Counted from the stretch's first letter, positions 46,380 to 56,413 are shown. The stretch: DNA of 64,000 nt from Alphaproteobacteria bacterium (GCA_017546265.1 JAFYXG010000007.1:3211-67210); one strand, 5' to 3'. Numbers and translations: made by a program. The notes: a model not told the origin generated them from the sequence alone.

Positions 46380-49300
46380 TTATCCCTCTCCATTTTCTTT
46401 TTCAACCGGCTTATTCATCATAGCAAACTGTGCGATATGTTTTTTCAGTTCACTTTTATAGGCATTATTTGCCTTAGCCATATCCACCAACTTTTCAAAT
46501 TGAGGATTTGCGGCACGAGCAGCTCCAAATCGACTTTCTGTTTTCAGGAAGTCTTCCAAAGGCATTGGATTATCAACATTCGAATCCATAGTCAAAGGAT
46601 TATGCCCATCTGCAATCAGTCGCGGGTCAAATCGGAACAACGGCCATGCCCCTGTTTGCACCATTTGCATTTGATGGGCGACCCCGTTCTGTAAAGCAAA
46701 TCCGTGTGCGATACATGGTGCATACGCCAATATAATAGACGGTCCATTAAAAGATTCTGCCTCGCGGAATGCACGAATTGCCTGTGCCTGATTTGCCCCC
46801 AACGCGATCTGTGCGACATAGGCACCAGACATCATCGCAATCATACCTAAATCTTTTTTGGCATGCTCTTTTCCACCGATTGCGAACTTCATACTAGCCC
46901 CAAACGGTGTAGATTTTGACTGCTGACCACCAGTATTTGAATATCCTTCGGTATCCAGAACCAAAATATTAACATTTTCACCACTGTGCAATATATGATC
47001 AACACCACCATAGCCAATATCATACGCCCATCCATCACCACCGACAATCCAGACAGACTTATTAACAATTTCTCCGACCAAACTTTCTGCCAATCTGGCA
47101 CGCAGTCCATCGATTTTTGCCAATTGTTCACGCAGTTGAGCTTCCAATTTGCGTTGCTTTAACGAATCGGTTTCGTCAAACAATCCTTCTACATTTTCTA
47201 TCCCCACCTCAAACAATAACGCCTTCAGATTTTCACGTTTTTGGTTTATTGCCAACCGCATACCCAAGCCATATTCAGCATTATCTTCGAACAAAGAATT
47301 CGACCATGCAGGCCCACGTCCCGCCCTATCCTTGGTCCACGGCGTAGTTGGTAAATTTGCCCCATATATAGACGAGCACCCCGTTGCATTTGCAACCACC
47401 ATTCTGTCACCGAACAGATGCGACAACAGTTTCACATATGGTGTTTCACCACACCCCGCACACGCCCCTGGGAACTCAAAGTAATGAGGCAACATTTCAA
47501 CATGCTTTGGGATATTCAGGTTCAATTTTTCGCGGTCAATATCGGGTAATTTTTCTGCGGCATTAAATACTGCCTGATTTTCGGCCATAACATCACGTGC
47601 TGGCACCATAGTCAACGCATTCACAGGACAATTTTTCACACAAATACCACACCCCGTACAATCAGCGGGCGAAATATTTATTGTAAAGTACATATTTGGC
47701 CCCAACTCAGGTGTTTTCATTGGCACTACACGAATACCTTTGGCCTGGGCATCTGCGACCTGTTCTTGTGTCAAAGCCTTGATACGAATAACGGCATGCG
47801 GACACAGCATAGAACATTTTCCGCACTGCAAACATTTATCTATATCTACAACCGCAACTTTATCCGAGATGGCACGTTTTTCATACTTTGATGTACCAAC
47901 AGGATACTGCCCTGCCCCAAATTCACCATCAACACGGAATCTGGAAACTGGTATTGCATCACCACGTTGTGCAGCCATTTCACCCAATGTTCCTGCTATT
48001 TCCGCAGGCGTATCCAGTGTCATTGCAGGCACAAAATCTGGTGCAAAGTTCGATACAGACGAAGGCAGATTGTATTTCTGCAAATAGTCCGCAGCTTTAT
48101 CGACTGCAGCCCAGTTTGCCTGAACAACATCCATACCCTTCTTTTTATATGTCTTTTCGATTGCCTCCTTGGCACTTTGTGCAGCCAACGCAGGGGCTAT
48201 AACATTTGTCAAATTAAAGAAATTCAACATAATGAATGTATTTATACGATTTCCCAGTCCCAACTCTGCCGCTGCCCGATTTGCATCCAAGAAGTAAACA
48301 TTTGCCCGAATTCGAATTAAATGTTCTTGAACATCACGTGGCAAATTGGCAAATGCCGCATCAGGTTCCAAAGACGTGTTAATCATAACCGTTCCGCCCG
48401 CCCGCAGACCATGAAAAACATCAAAACGTTGGGCAATCATAAAGTTTGAAACACTGATAAAGTCTGCAACTTCGACCAAATACTGGCTTTTAATTGGTGC
48501 ATCAGAAAAACGAATATGCGAAGCGGTCAACCCACCTGATTTCTTGGAATCATACACTGCATACGACTGGGGATACAAATCAGAGTTTTCCCCAACAATT
48601 TTAACGATATTTTTAACTGCCCCAACTGTACCATCACTGCCAATACCGTACAAAACAGCAGTTTTAAAATTCGGGTCTTCCACCGCGAATGCAGGGTCTG
48701 TTTTCAACGAAGTCCCACACAAATCATCATCAATTCCAACTGTAAAGTTATGATGTAACGTCCCACGCATCATATTTTCATAAATGGCCTTAACATCACG
48801 GGGTTTAAACTCTTTGGATCCCAACCCATAACGACCACCAAAAACATTTGCCGCATCACCAACGACAGATTTAACATCCTGGTACAAAGGTTCACCGATA
48901 CTGCCAGGCTCTTTGGTACGATCCAGCACCGCTATATTTTTCACAGACCGCGGCAACACGTTCCGGAACGCATCGACTGGGAATGGACGATACAGATGAA
49001 CTTTGACCAATCCCAACCCCGCCGGCAAATGAGGCAAAGTTTCTTCAATTGTATCAACTGCACTGCCCATAGCAACGATAACATGTTCTGCATTTTCATC
49101 ACCCACATAGTCCACCAAGTTATATCTACGTCCTGTCAGTTCTGCAAATTTATCCATCATATCTTGGACGATTTCTGGTGTCTTCTGATACAGCGGATTT
49201 GCGGCTTCGCGTCCCTGGAAATAGACATCTGGATTTTGTGCAGTACCACGAATTGTTGGTCTGTCTGGGGACATACCACGTTCACGATTTGCCAGCACCA

Positions 49301-49889
49301 GCTTTTCTGGGATCATTTCCCGCAGCACATCATCATCTATTCTGGTCAATCTGGATTCTTCGTGACTGGTTCTGAATCCATCAAAGAAATGCAAGAACGG
49401 CACCCGGGCTCGAATAGTAGCAGCATGAGCAATTGCGGCCATATCATGTGCCTGTTGCACATTATGTGATGACAGCATGGCAAACCCAGTTGAACGCACA
49501 GACATAACATCACTGTGGTCGCCAAAGATTGACAAAGCATGTGTTGCCAACGCACGTGCCGCAACATGCATAACAAACGGCGTTTGTTCCCCCGCAATCT
49601 TATACATATTTGGAATCATCAACAACAACCCCTGAGAAGCGGTAAATGTTGTTGCCAAACTGCCCATTTGCAATGCCCCATGCATAGCACCTGCGGCCCC
49701 TGCCTCAGATTGCATTTCTATAATTTGTGGCAGAGCTCCCCAAATATTTTTCTTGTGCTGGAAAGACCATTCATCGGCCAGTTCCCCCATAGTGCTACTG
49801 GGGGTAATTGGATAAATTGCGGCAAAATCGACACATCTGTATGCAACATCTGCGGCGGCCCAGTTTCCATCAACAATCAACTTAGACAT
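46380..49889 (-). CDS. nifJ: Pyruvate:ferredoxin (flavodoxin) oxidoreductase, single-chain
   Basis: 1169 aa. N-terminus DGNWAAADVAYRC...AIYPITPSS, two ferredoxin-type clusters CLQCGKCSMLCPH and CTGCGICVKNCP, and the TPP region GGDGWAYDIGYGG. Confidence 0.95.
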   Translation of the reverse strand: MSKLIVDGNWAAADVAYRCVDFAAIYPITPSSTMGELADEWSFQHKKNIWGALPQIIEMQSEAGAAGAMHGALQMGSLATTFTASQGLLLMIPNMYKIAGEQTPFVMHVAARALATHALSIFGDHSDVMSVRSTGFAMLSSHNVQQAHDMAAIAHAATIRARVPFLHFFDGFRTSHEESRLTRIDDDVLREMIPEKLVLANRERGMSPDRPTIRGTAQNPDVYFQGREAANPLYQKTPEIVQDMMDKFAELTGRRYNLVDYVGDENAEHVIVAMGSAVDTIEETLPHLPAGLGLVKVHLYRPFPVDAFRNVLPRSVKNIAVLDRTKEPGSIGEPLYQDVKSVVGDAANVFGGRYGLGSKEFKPRDVKAIYENMMRGTLHHNFTVGIDDDLCGTSLKTDPAFAVEDPNFKTAVLYGIGSDGTVGAVKNIVKIVGENSDLYPQSYAVYDSKKSGGLTASHIRFSDAPIKSQYLVEVADFISVSNFMIAQRFDVFHGLRAGGTVMINTSLEPDAAFANLPRDVQEHLIRIRANVYFLDANRAAAELGLGNRINTFIMLNFFNLTNVIAPALAAQSAKEAIEKTYKKKGMDVVQANWAAVDKAADYLQKYNLPSSVSNFAPDFVPAMTLDTPAEIAGTLGEMAAQRGDAIPVSRFRVDGEFGAGQYPVGTSKYEKRAISDKVAVVDIDKCLQCGKCSMLCPHAVIRIKALTQEQVADAQAKGIRVVPMKTPELGPNMYFTINISPADCTGCGICVKNCPVNALTMVPARDVMAENQAVFNAAEKLPDIDREKLNLNIPKHVEMLPHYFEFPGACAGCGETPYVKLLSHLFGDRMVVANATGCSSIYGANLPTTPWTKDRAGRGPAWSNSLFEDNAEYGLGMRLAINQKRENLKALLFEVGIENVEGLFDETDSLKQRKLEAQLREQLAKIDGLRARLAESLVGEIVNKSVWIVGGDGWAYDIGYGGVDHILHSGENVNILVLDTEGYSNTGGQQSKSTPFGASMKFAIGGKEHAKKDLGMIAMMSGAYVAQIALGANQAQAIRAFREAESFNGPSIILAYAPCIAHGFALQNGVAHQMQMVQTGAWPLFRFDPRLIADGHNPLTMDSNVDNPMPLEDFLKTESRFGAARAANPQFEKLVDMAKANNAYKSELKKHIAQFAMMNKPVEKENGEG

Positions 49890-49994
49890 ACTTTTACTTC
49901 CTTACTTATTTTTATAATTAACATATTTTGCCAAATCATAGCCCTTATTCCCCCCCAAGGCAAGAGCAATAATAGTTTTTTACAAACTTTAATA

Positions 49995-50023
49995 TTGACA
50001 AATTGCACATTTTGTATTATAAC
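49995..50023 (+). promoter_or_regulatory. Near-consensus sigma70-type promoter for the ClpP paralog
   Basis: TTGACA (49995-50000), a 17 nt spacer, then TATAAC (50018-50023). Confidence 0.5.
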
Positions 50024-50052
50024 AAAAAAACTAATTACAACAGGACATAAAA

Positions 50053-50703
50053 ATGGCACAAGGCAAAATCATAAACGACAGCAAATCTGGCAATTATGTA
50101 TCCGGAAACAAGGTTTTTATTTTGGATAAATTTTCATCACAAACATCCAACGAACTGATTGGTAATTTGTCCGACTTGGTTTCTGTCATGCCCCAGACAA
50201 CAATATACCAATCTAATCAACCCATTGTATCACCATATGACATTGAAAACATTGACAATCCAATTATTGATGTCTATATCAATTCGAATGGTGGCGATGG
50301 TGCCATACTTGATTCTATTGCAACATTATTGAGCATTGCGAAATTCAATGGTGCCATTATTCGCACAACTGTCCTATCCAAGGCCCACAGCTGCGGCAGC
50401 TTATTGGCCATAACTGGTACACCTGGCTTTCGGATTATGTACAGCCAGGCATATCACCTTGTTCATTTTGGTCATCATTCATTTGGGGTCAGCAAAGAAG
50501 ACGAAATCACCATGGCCGCCAAACAAATCAAAGAACACAGCACCAATAAAAGGAACATGTACCTGCAGCACACCAACCTGACAGCGGCACATTTACGCAA
50601 ATTACAATCCAACGAACAGGGCTTCCTGAACGCAAACGATTGTTTGAAATACGGTTTATGCGATTGGGTCATCAACGACTTTGGCAAAATCCACACACGA
50701 TAA
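50053..50703 (+). CDS. Divergent ClpP-family (S14) protease paralog, monocistronic
   Basis: It aligns by eye to ClpP: VYINSNGGDGAILDSI vs YINSPGGxVxAG, SKAHSCGSLL vs GxAASMGxxLL (Ser kept), and AYHLVHFG vs IMIHQP (His kept). The third triad position is unclear (SNEQGFLNA vs RDxFMSA). Confidence 0.7.
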   Translation: MAQGKIINDSKSGNYVSGNKVFILDKFSSQTSNELIGNLSDLVSVMPQTTIYQSNQPIVSPYDIENIDNPIIDVYINSNGGDGAILDSIATLLSIAKFNGAIIRTTVLSKAHSCGSLLAITGTPGFRIMYSQAYHLVHFGHHSFGVSKEDEITMAAKQIKEHSTNKRNMYLQHTNLTAAHLRKLQSNEQGFLNANDCLKYGLCDWVINDFGKIHTR

Positions 50704-50728
50704 AAAACGGGGCGAATGCCCCATTTTT

Positions 50729-52135
50729 TTATTTTGCTTCTTCATCAGTCGGTTCTTCTATTTCAGCCATATCAGCACGTCCCTGCATTTTATCCATTGC
50801 AATTACCATGCCAATCGCCCGTTGCAACTGATAATCCAGTGCATCTTTTTCTTCATCCGTCAGTTCTTCATATGGCGTTTCTTCATCAGAATCATCATTT
50901 GATTTACCTGTCCTTTTTTTATTGTCTTTTTTCTTAGACTTATCATTTTTCAACGAATTTTTAAAAGACGCCTCGGAATAAGCACTTTCACGTTTTTCCA
51001 GAACCTCTACCTTGGAATGCAGAACCTCGACATCTGGGGTAATACCTTCGTTTTGTATTGAACGCCCGGACGGGGTATAGTACCGTGCAATTGTGATATG
51101 AATTGCGGTCCCATCCCCCAGTGGTTTTTGCTGTTGTACACTGCCCTTGCCAAACGATTGCGACCCCATAACCAGCCCACGTCCATTATCCTGCAATGCA
51201 CCGGCCACGATCTCAGACGCCGATGCCGACCCATGGTTAATCAGCACAACCACAGGTTTACCATTTGCCATATCACCCGGCTTGGCAAATACCCGTTCTA
51301 TATCAGTCTTTTCCTTGCCACGTGTTGAAACGATTTCCCCCCCATCCAGGAACACATCAGAAACATCTATGGCCGCAGTCAGATAACCACCTGGATTATT
51401 ACGCACATCCACAATGTATCCAACAACATTTTTCTTTTCCAGTTTTTCCATGGCCTCTTTCAAATCGCGTGCGGTTGTTGCACCAAAGTCAGAGATACGC
51501 ACATATCCGACATGTGGTACATCTTTATCATTTTTATCAGCACCATCTAAAACCTTGTCATCAAATTTGACAGATTTTACCTTGATAATCGCACGCTTTA
51601 ATGTCAACTCACGCGATTCGCCATCATCAGATACGATTGTCAATTTTACCTTGGTCCCTGGACGCCCTTTCATCTTTTTCACAGCCTGATTCAAGGTTAA
51701 ATCAAATACAGTCTCGCCATCTATATGCGTGATATAGTCCCCAGCCTTAATCCCCGCCTTATCTGCAGGTGTATCGTCAATTGGGGAAATCACACGAACG
51801 GCCCCTTTATCACTGGTGATTTGAATCCCCAGTCCACCGAATTCACCATGAGATTTATCATTAAATTCTTTGAAATCATCAGCCGACAAATAGGACGAAT
51901 GCGGGTCCAATTCCGCCAACATACCATTCATAGCGGCCTCTAGCATCTTTTTTTCATCAGCCTCTTCCACAAAGTTTTCACGAGCCACTTCGAACACCAG
52001 TGCCAATTTTTTTAATTCTTCGTAAATTTGTTCATCCGTCAGGTGAACCACTGGCTCGTCCTTTTTCTTTTTTTCAGCGGCTTTTCCCACAAATGGCATA
52101 ACCAACGCAATTAAGACCAAAATATACTTAAACAT
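50729..52135 (-). CDS. ctpA: Carboxy-terminal processing peptidase (S41) with PDZ domain
   Basis: PDZ block GIKAGDYITHIDGE, S41 catalytic block LINHGSASASEIVAGALQD...GKGSVQ, and a Lys/Asp/Glu-rich C-terminal tail. Confidence 0.9.
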   Translation of the reverse strand: MFKYILVLIALVMPFVGKAAEKKKKDEPVVHLTDEQIYEELKKLALVFEVARENFVEEADEKKMLEAAMNGMLAELDPHSSYLSADDFKEFNDKSHGEFGGLGIQITSDKGAVRVISPIDDTPADKAGIKAGDYITHIDGETVFDLTLNQAVKKMKGRPGTKVKLTIVSDDGESRELTLKRAIIKVKSVKFDDKVLDGADKNDKDVPHVGYVRISDFGATTARDLKEAMEKLEKKNVVGYIVDVRNNPGGYLTAAIDVSDVFLDGGEIVSTRGKEKTDIERVFAKPGDMANGKPVVVLINHGSASASEIVAGALQDNGRGLVMGSQSFGKGSVQQQKPLGDGTAIHITIARYYTPSGRSIQNEGITPDVEVLHSKVEVLEKRESAYSEASFKNSLKNDKSKKKDNKKRTGKSNDDSDEETPYEELTDEEKDALDYQLQRAIGMVIAMDKMQGRADMAEIEEPTDEEAK

Positions 52136-52242
52136 AATTCAAACCCTTTCTGTTATTTCCCGCCCAGGATAGCCAAAATTCCCCCACCATTCAACCCGAA
52201 AATTCCCCCGCACTCCCAAAAAAGCAAAAACGCAACAAAAAC

Positions 52243-52270
52243 TTGACAAATCTATTTTATGGGCTATATT
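52243..52270 (+). promoter_or_regulatory. Sigma70-type promoter for the Fic-like/kinase gene pair
   Basis: TTGACA (52243-52248), a 16 nt spacer, then TATATT (52265-52270). It lies upstream of AAAGGA and ATG 52298. Confidence 0.45.
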
Positions 52271-52297
52271 TATAACAACACAGCAAAGGACATTGGC

Positions 52298-53020
52298 ATG
52301 TCACCAAAGAAACCAAAAACAACCGTAAAACAACAAATTATACAGAAACGCAACGAACTAGATGCGTCTTTTGATGACTTTTCAACGGTAAAGCGTATCA
52401 ACAATTTCAATTGGTTACGCCGTCAGATTGCATACGAAGAACCACAGGCACTTTTACCTGTGCATAAAAAGCATTTAGACGAAACGAACATGTCCAATAT
52501 TGCAACTGCGTATGATTACATAGTTGAACACATAGACCAAGAAATATCTGTCGAAGCGATACGCAACCTGCATCATATACTGTGTCGTGACACTAACATA
52601 GACGGTTATAAATTTCGCACTATGGATTGCAAATTACGTATTTCAGTCAATGACATGGACTATCATGCACCTGACTATCACTTTATCGAGTACGAATTAA
52701 GTCAAATTGTTTATAATTTAAATCATTCCAAACGGGACATATTGACCCGGGCCTATGATGTACATTATGAAATAATAATGTTACAGCCATTTGACGACTT
52801 TAACAAACGCACAGCCCGTTTAATTATGAACTGGGTACTGTTACAAAATGGGTATCGTCCGATTGCATTTAACAAACGCGGAGACAAGACAGATTACATA
52901 GCGTCATTGACAGCCCGTGCAAACGGCAACAAACGCCAATATACAGACTATATGTCCAAATGCCAATTACGCACACAGCGCGCAATATTAAAGCAACTAC
53001 ACGATTCCAAGACAATATAG
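52298..53020 (+). CDS. Fic-fold protein with degenerate active-site motif
   Basis: The core aligns to the Fic pattern (IRNLHHIL...GYKFRT...AYDVHYEIIMLQPFDDFNKRTARLIMNWVLLQNGYRPI). The canonical HPFx[DE]GNGRxxR reads QPFDDFNKRTAR, so His becomes Gln and GNG becomes FNK. The start is set at 52298, downstream of the promoter. Confidence 0.7.
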   Translation: MSPKKPKTTVKQQIIQKRNELDASFDDFSTVKRINNFNWLRRQIAYEEPQALLPVHKKHLDETNMSNIATAYDYIVEHIDQEISVEAIRNLHHILCRDTNIDGYKFRTMDCKLRISVNDMDYHAPDYHFIEYELSQIVYNLNHSKRDILTRAYDVHYEIIMLQPFDDFNKRTARLIMNWVLLQNGYRPIAFNKRGDKTDYIASLTARANGNKRQYTDYMSKCQLRTQRAILKQLHDSKTI

Positions 53021-53053
53021 AATAATCCCCTATAAAAAAGGAAAATATACATT

Positions 53054-53998
53054 ATGCCATCATCATCAAAAGTTATCACAAAACCACTTATTCACGGCCG
53101 CGAGACCTATATCGCGGACTTTGGTCCTGGTTTTGTTATGAAACGTCCCCTACCAACATTTGGCGATGCAGCACGCGATGCATGGCTGGCCAAACAACAC
53201 CAGACCAAAGAAGCAATTGACCGCATCTATGCCATTGGTAATCCGCGTTATAACATCCCCCGCATGTTGTACATCAAAGATGACGAATACCAATTACTAG
53301 AAGAGCGTGCCCCTGGCGAACATCTGACTGCAGAACTATTTCGCAACGTATCACGTCGCCAACGCTATGAAATCATAGACGGCATCGCAGCATTTTTGGT
53401 GGATATGAACGAATCGCGTCCAATTGGAGAAATCATTAATCACAAAATATCCGAAGATTTGAAATTCAAACGTCTGGATAACTTTGTTAACAATAAAATG
53501 GATAAATGGTTTACACTGACCGAAACCCAGAATTTGGGTCGCATTCGCGATGCCATTGGCACATTTGAATACGAAACACGTTTGGCCTGGTCACACGGAG
53601 ATTTAAACTCGGGCAACGTGTTATACGATCCATTAACCAGCACCCTGTCATTTATAGACTTTGCCGAGGCGAACTATAATTTCATTTATCGCGACATTTT
53701 TGGCCCATTGCAAATCGAGTTGGACATCTGGGCCCCTGTTTACGAAGCCTATGCTCAAATGCACAACAAAGACATGTACAACATACCAGGCCCCCGCAAT
53801 CCAAATCTGCGAAACATTATGAAATACAGAATTTTAATTGCACTGTTGCGGCGTATAATCAAAGCATCCGATGACCTGCGTTTAAATCCAAAGAACCAGA
53901 AAAGCATCGACAACAACACGGCCAAGGTTGCATTTATTCGCGAACAATTGGCAAAAATCGATTATGTGGAACAGGCATTTCGGGCATCAACCAAGTAA
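53054..53998 (+). CDS. Aminoglycoside/choline-kinase-like phosphotransferase (APH family fold)
   Basis: FVMKRP (putative ATP Lys), Brenner-type catalytic loop WSHGDLNSGNVLYD, and metal-binding FIDFAEA. It lies 33 nt downstream of the Fic-like gene and has an AAAGGA SD. Confidence 0.75.
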   Translation: MPSSSKVITKPLIHGRETYIADFGPGFVMKRPLPTFGDAARDAWLAKQHQTKEAIDRIYAIGNPRYNIPRMLYIKDDEYQLLEERAPGEHLTAELFRNVSRRQRYEIIDGIAAFLVDMNESRPIGEIINHKISEDLKFKRLDNFVNNKMDKWFTLTETQNLGRIRDAIGTFEYETRLAWSHGDLNSGNVLYDPLTSTLSFIDFAEANYNFIYRDIFGPLQIELDIWAPVYEAYAQMHNKDMYNIPGPRNPNLRNIMKYRILIALLRRIIKASDDLRLNPKNQKSIDNNTAKVAFIREQLAKIDYVEQAFRASTK

Positions 53999-54025
53999 AA
54001 AACACCCAACAAGGGTGTTTTTTTA
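53997..54025. terminator. Bidirectional stem-loop terminator
   Basis: ACACCC-AACAA-GGGTGT, flanked by an A-run and T7. Confidence 0.8.
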
Positions 54026-55096
54026 TTCTTCTTTGAACAACCGTGCGGGATCAACGGCACTATTGCCACGCCGCACCTCCAGATACATTTCTGGTTTATC
54101 TGGATTCATCCGCCCAATTGGTTCACCGGCCAATACCTCTTGTTCCAGCATAACATCTATATTCCCCAGATTTGTCATAACCGTATTATATCCATTTTTG
54201 TGCGACATAATGACTACTTTGCCAAATCCACGGAAATTATCTGCAAACTTTACCACCCCATCAGCGGGTGCCATAACCAACGCATCTCCACGCGTACGCA
54301 CACGCCATCCATCGGACTTTAACCCCAGGGCAGTCTTATCCCCAAACTTTACAACCACACGTCCCTTGACGGGCAAATTTAACTTACGCTTTGAAAACTT
54401 GGCATCACCTGACATCTGCGAACTTCCGACACCTGCGGACAATTCAGAAATACTTTTTGCCCGTTCTGATAAATCCCGCAACTTTTTTTTCAGTGCGGAA
54501 TGTTGACTTTTTAACTTTTCATTTTGTGCACTGCGTGTTCGCAACAATTTATCCAGTTGCTTTTTTTCCTTGGCATATTTTTGTGCAGTTCTGTCCAATT
54601 TTTCCTTTTCAATGGCTCGTTTATCTCGAATTTTTCCCAGTTCACGAACCTGTTCACCTGCACGCTGAATTTCTGCATCCAGCATATCTGCCATTCCGGA
54701 CAACACAGACGCAGTCAGCACATATTCACGCATATCACCACTGTCAAAACTGGGATTAGACGCAACAAACAATATACTGGCGGTTGCATCTGCGATACGC
54801 CCCCTATTTTTTTCCATATCCCGGGCAATTTTATCGCGTTGCGAATCCAATTCAGAAATCTTTTTTGCCATTGCTGCACGTTGATCTTCCAGTTCACTAA
54901 CCTTGTCCGCAGCCTGCACCAGCTGCTTTTTTGTTTTAGACACTTCGCGATCAGATGTTTTGACCTGTTGTTCCAGTTTTTTATTCTGCTGTTCAGTTTG
55001 TTTAATTTGTGCATTTATCCTAGACAACTCGCTGGCTCCGAACACAGGCCCCGTGCAGACAAATAACAAAGAAACTACGGTTATTATTTTCTTCAT
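54023..55096 (-). CDS. EnvC-like murein hydrolase activator (coiled coil plus degenerate LytM domain)
   Basis: Signal peptide and about 200 aa of heptad-rich coiled coil. The C-terminal LytM-like domain lacks the HxxxD and HxH ligands (MYLEVRR in place of HLHFE). Confidence 0.8.
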   Translation of the reverse strand: MKKIITVVSLLFVCTGPVFGASELSRINAQIKQTEQQNKKLEQQVKTSDREVSKTKKQLVQAADKVSELEDQRAAMAKKISELDSQRDKIARDMEKNRGRIADATASILFVASNPSFDSGDMREYVLTASVLSGMADMLDAEIQRAGEQVRELGKIRDKRAIEKEKLDRTAQKYAKEKKQLDKLLRTRSAQNEKLKSQHSALKKKLRDLSERAKSISELSAGVGSSQMSGDAKFSKRKLNLPVKGRVVVKFGDKTALGLKSDGWRVRTRGDALVMAPADGVVKFADNFRGFGKVVIMSHKNGYNTVMTNLGNIDVMLEQEVLAGEPIGRMNPDKPEMYLEVRRGNSAVDPARLFKEE

Positions 55097-56310
55097 TATT
55101 TTTTAATCACTTTCAAGAAAGTTTTTTTACCTTTTTGCACCATAAACTGATCGGCCACCCCAACAACGAACCTTGGGTCAGTTATTTTATTACCATCGAT
55201 TTGAATACCACCCTGTTCCACCATACGTCTGGCCTCGGACTTTGACGGGAACAACTTTGTTGCGACCAGAAAATCCAATACCCCCATATCGGAATTCATT
55301 TCAATTTCAATGGTTGGCATATTTTCCAGATTTGCCCCACCCCCGAACAACGCATTTGCGGTTTCCTCAGCCTGAACGGCGGCATCATGTCCATGTGCAA
55401 TTTCGGTTGCTGCAAACGCCAAAACCTTTTTCGCGGCATTTAATTCCGCCCCCTGGGCTGCGGCCAACCGTTCAATTTCAACCAATGGGATTTCTGTAAA
55501 TATTTTCAGGAACTTTTCCACTAAATCATCTGATATATTACGGAAATACTGATAATATTCATACGGACTGGTTTTATCTTCATTAACCCAAACAGCATTA
55601 CCAGCCGATTTACCAATTTTATTACCATTTGCATCAGTGATTAACGAAGTCGACAAAACGAACGCTTCCTTGCCCAGTTTTTTACGAATTAACTCGATGC
55701 CCATAATGGCGTTTCCCCACTGGTCTGCACCACAGGTCTGTAAAATACAATTATGTTCACGATACAGTGTTAAAAAGTCTACGGCCTGAAACGTCATATA
55801 GTTAAATTCCAAAAACGTCATACCATTGTCCAATCTACGTTTTACTGAATCCATCGACAACATACGCGGCACGGTGAAATCAGTTCCAAAATCACGCAAA
55901 AAATCCAGATGGCTGTAATTTTTCATCCAGTCATAATTATCGACCATAATAGCATCTGATTGGCCATCACCAAATCTAAAGAACTTTGAAAAAGACTTTT
56001 TCAATCCAGCGACATTTTTTGCCAACGTTTCTTCGGTCATCATTGGTCGTCCACTGTCACGACCAGACGGGTCACCGATACGTCCTGTCGCCCCCCCCAC
56101 CAACGCAATTGGTCTGTGTCCATATTTTTGCAACCAGCGCATCATCATCACCGGCACCAAGTGCCCCACATGCAAAGAGTCTGCCGTTGGGTCTGAGCCC
56201 AAATATGCGGTAATTTTTCCTGTGTTTAACGCATCATTCAACCCATCCAAATTAGATGTCTGATTTATAAAACCGCGTGCCTGTAATTCCCTTAGTAATT
56301 CATTTTGCAT
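55096..56310 (-). CDS. tyrS: Tyrosyl-tRNA synthetase
   Basis: The HIGH motif appears as SLHVGHL and KMSKS as KIGKS, with a C-terminal S4-like domain. The start is set at MQNELLRELQARGF (56310). Confidence 0.93.
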   Translation of the reverse strand: MQNELLRELQARGFINQTSNLDGLNDALNTGKITAYLGSDPTADSLHVGHLVPVMMMRWLQKYGHRPIALVGGATGRIGDPSGRDSGRPMMTEETLAKNVAGLKKSFSKFFRFGDGQSDAIMVDNYDWMKNYSHLDFLRDFGTDFTVPRMLSMDSVKRRLDNGMTFLEFNYMTFQAVDFLTLYREHNCILQTCGADQWGNAIMGIELIRKKLGKEAFVLSTSLITDANGNKIGKSAGNAVWVNEDKTSPYEYYQYFRNISDDLVEKFLKIFTEIPLVEIERLAAAQGAELNAAKKVLAFAATEIAHGHDAAVQAEETANALFGGGANLENMPTIEIEMNSDMGVLDFLVATKLFPSKSEARRMVEQGGIQIDGNKITDPRFVVGVADQFMVQKGKKTFLKVIKK

Positions 56311-56413
56311 ATAAAAATCCTTTGTCGCAAAAAATAATAGCACGGTTTTCAATACCATGCAAGGTATCCAACAAAAAATTTCTGAAAAAATCCCCGCCAA
56401 CTGGCGGGAACGA

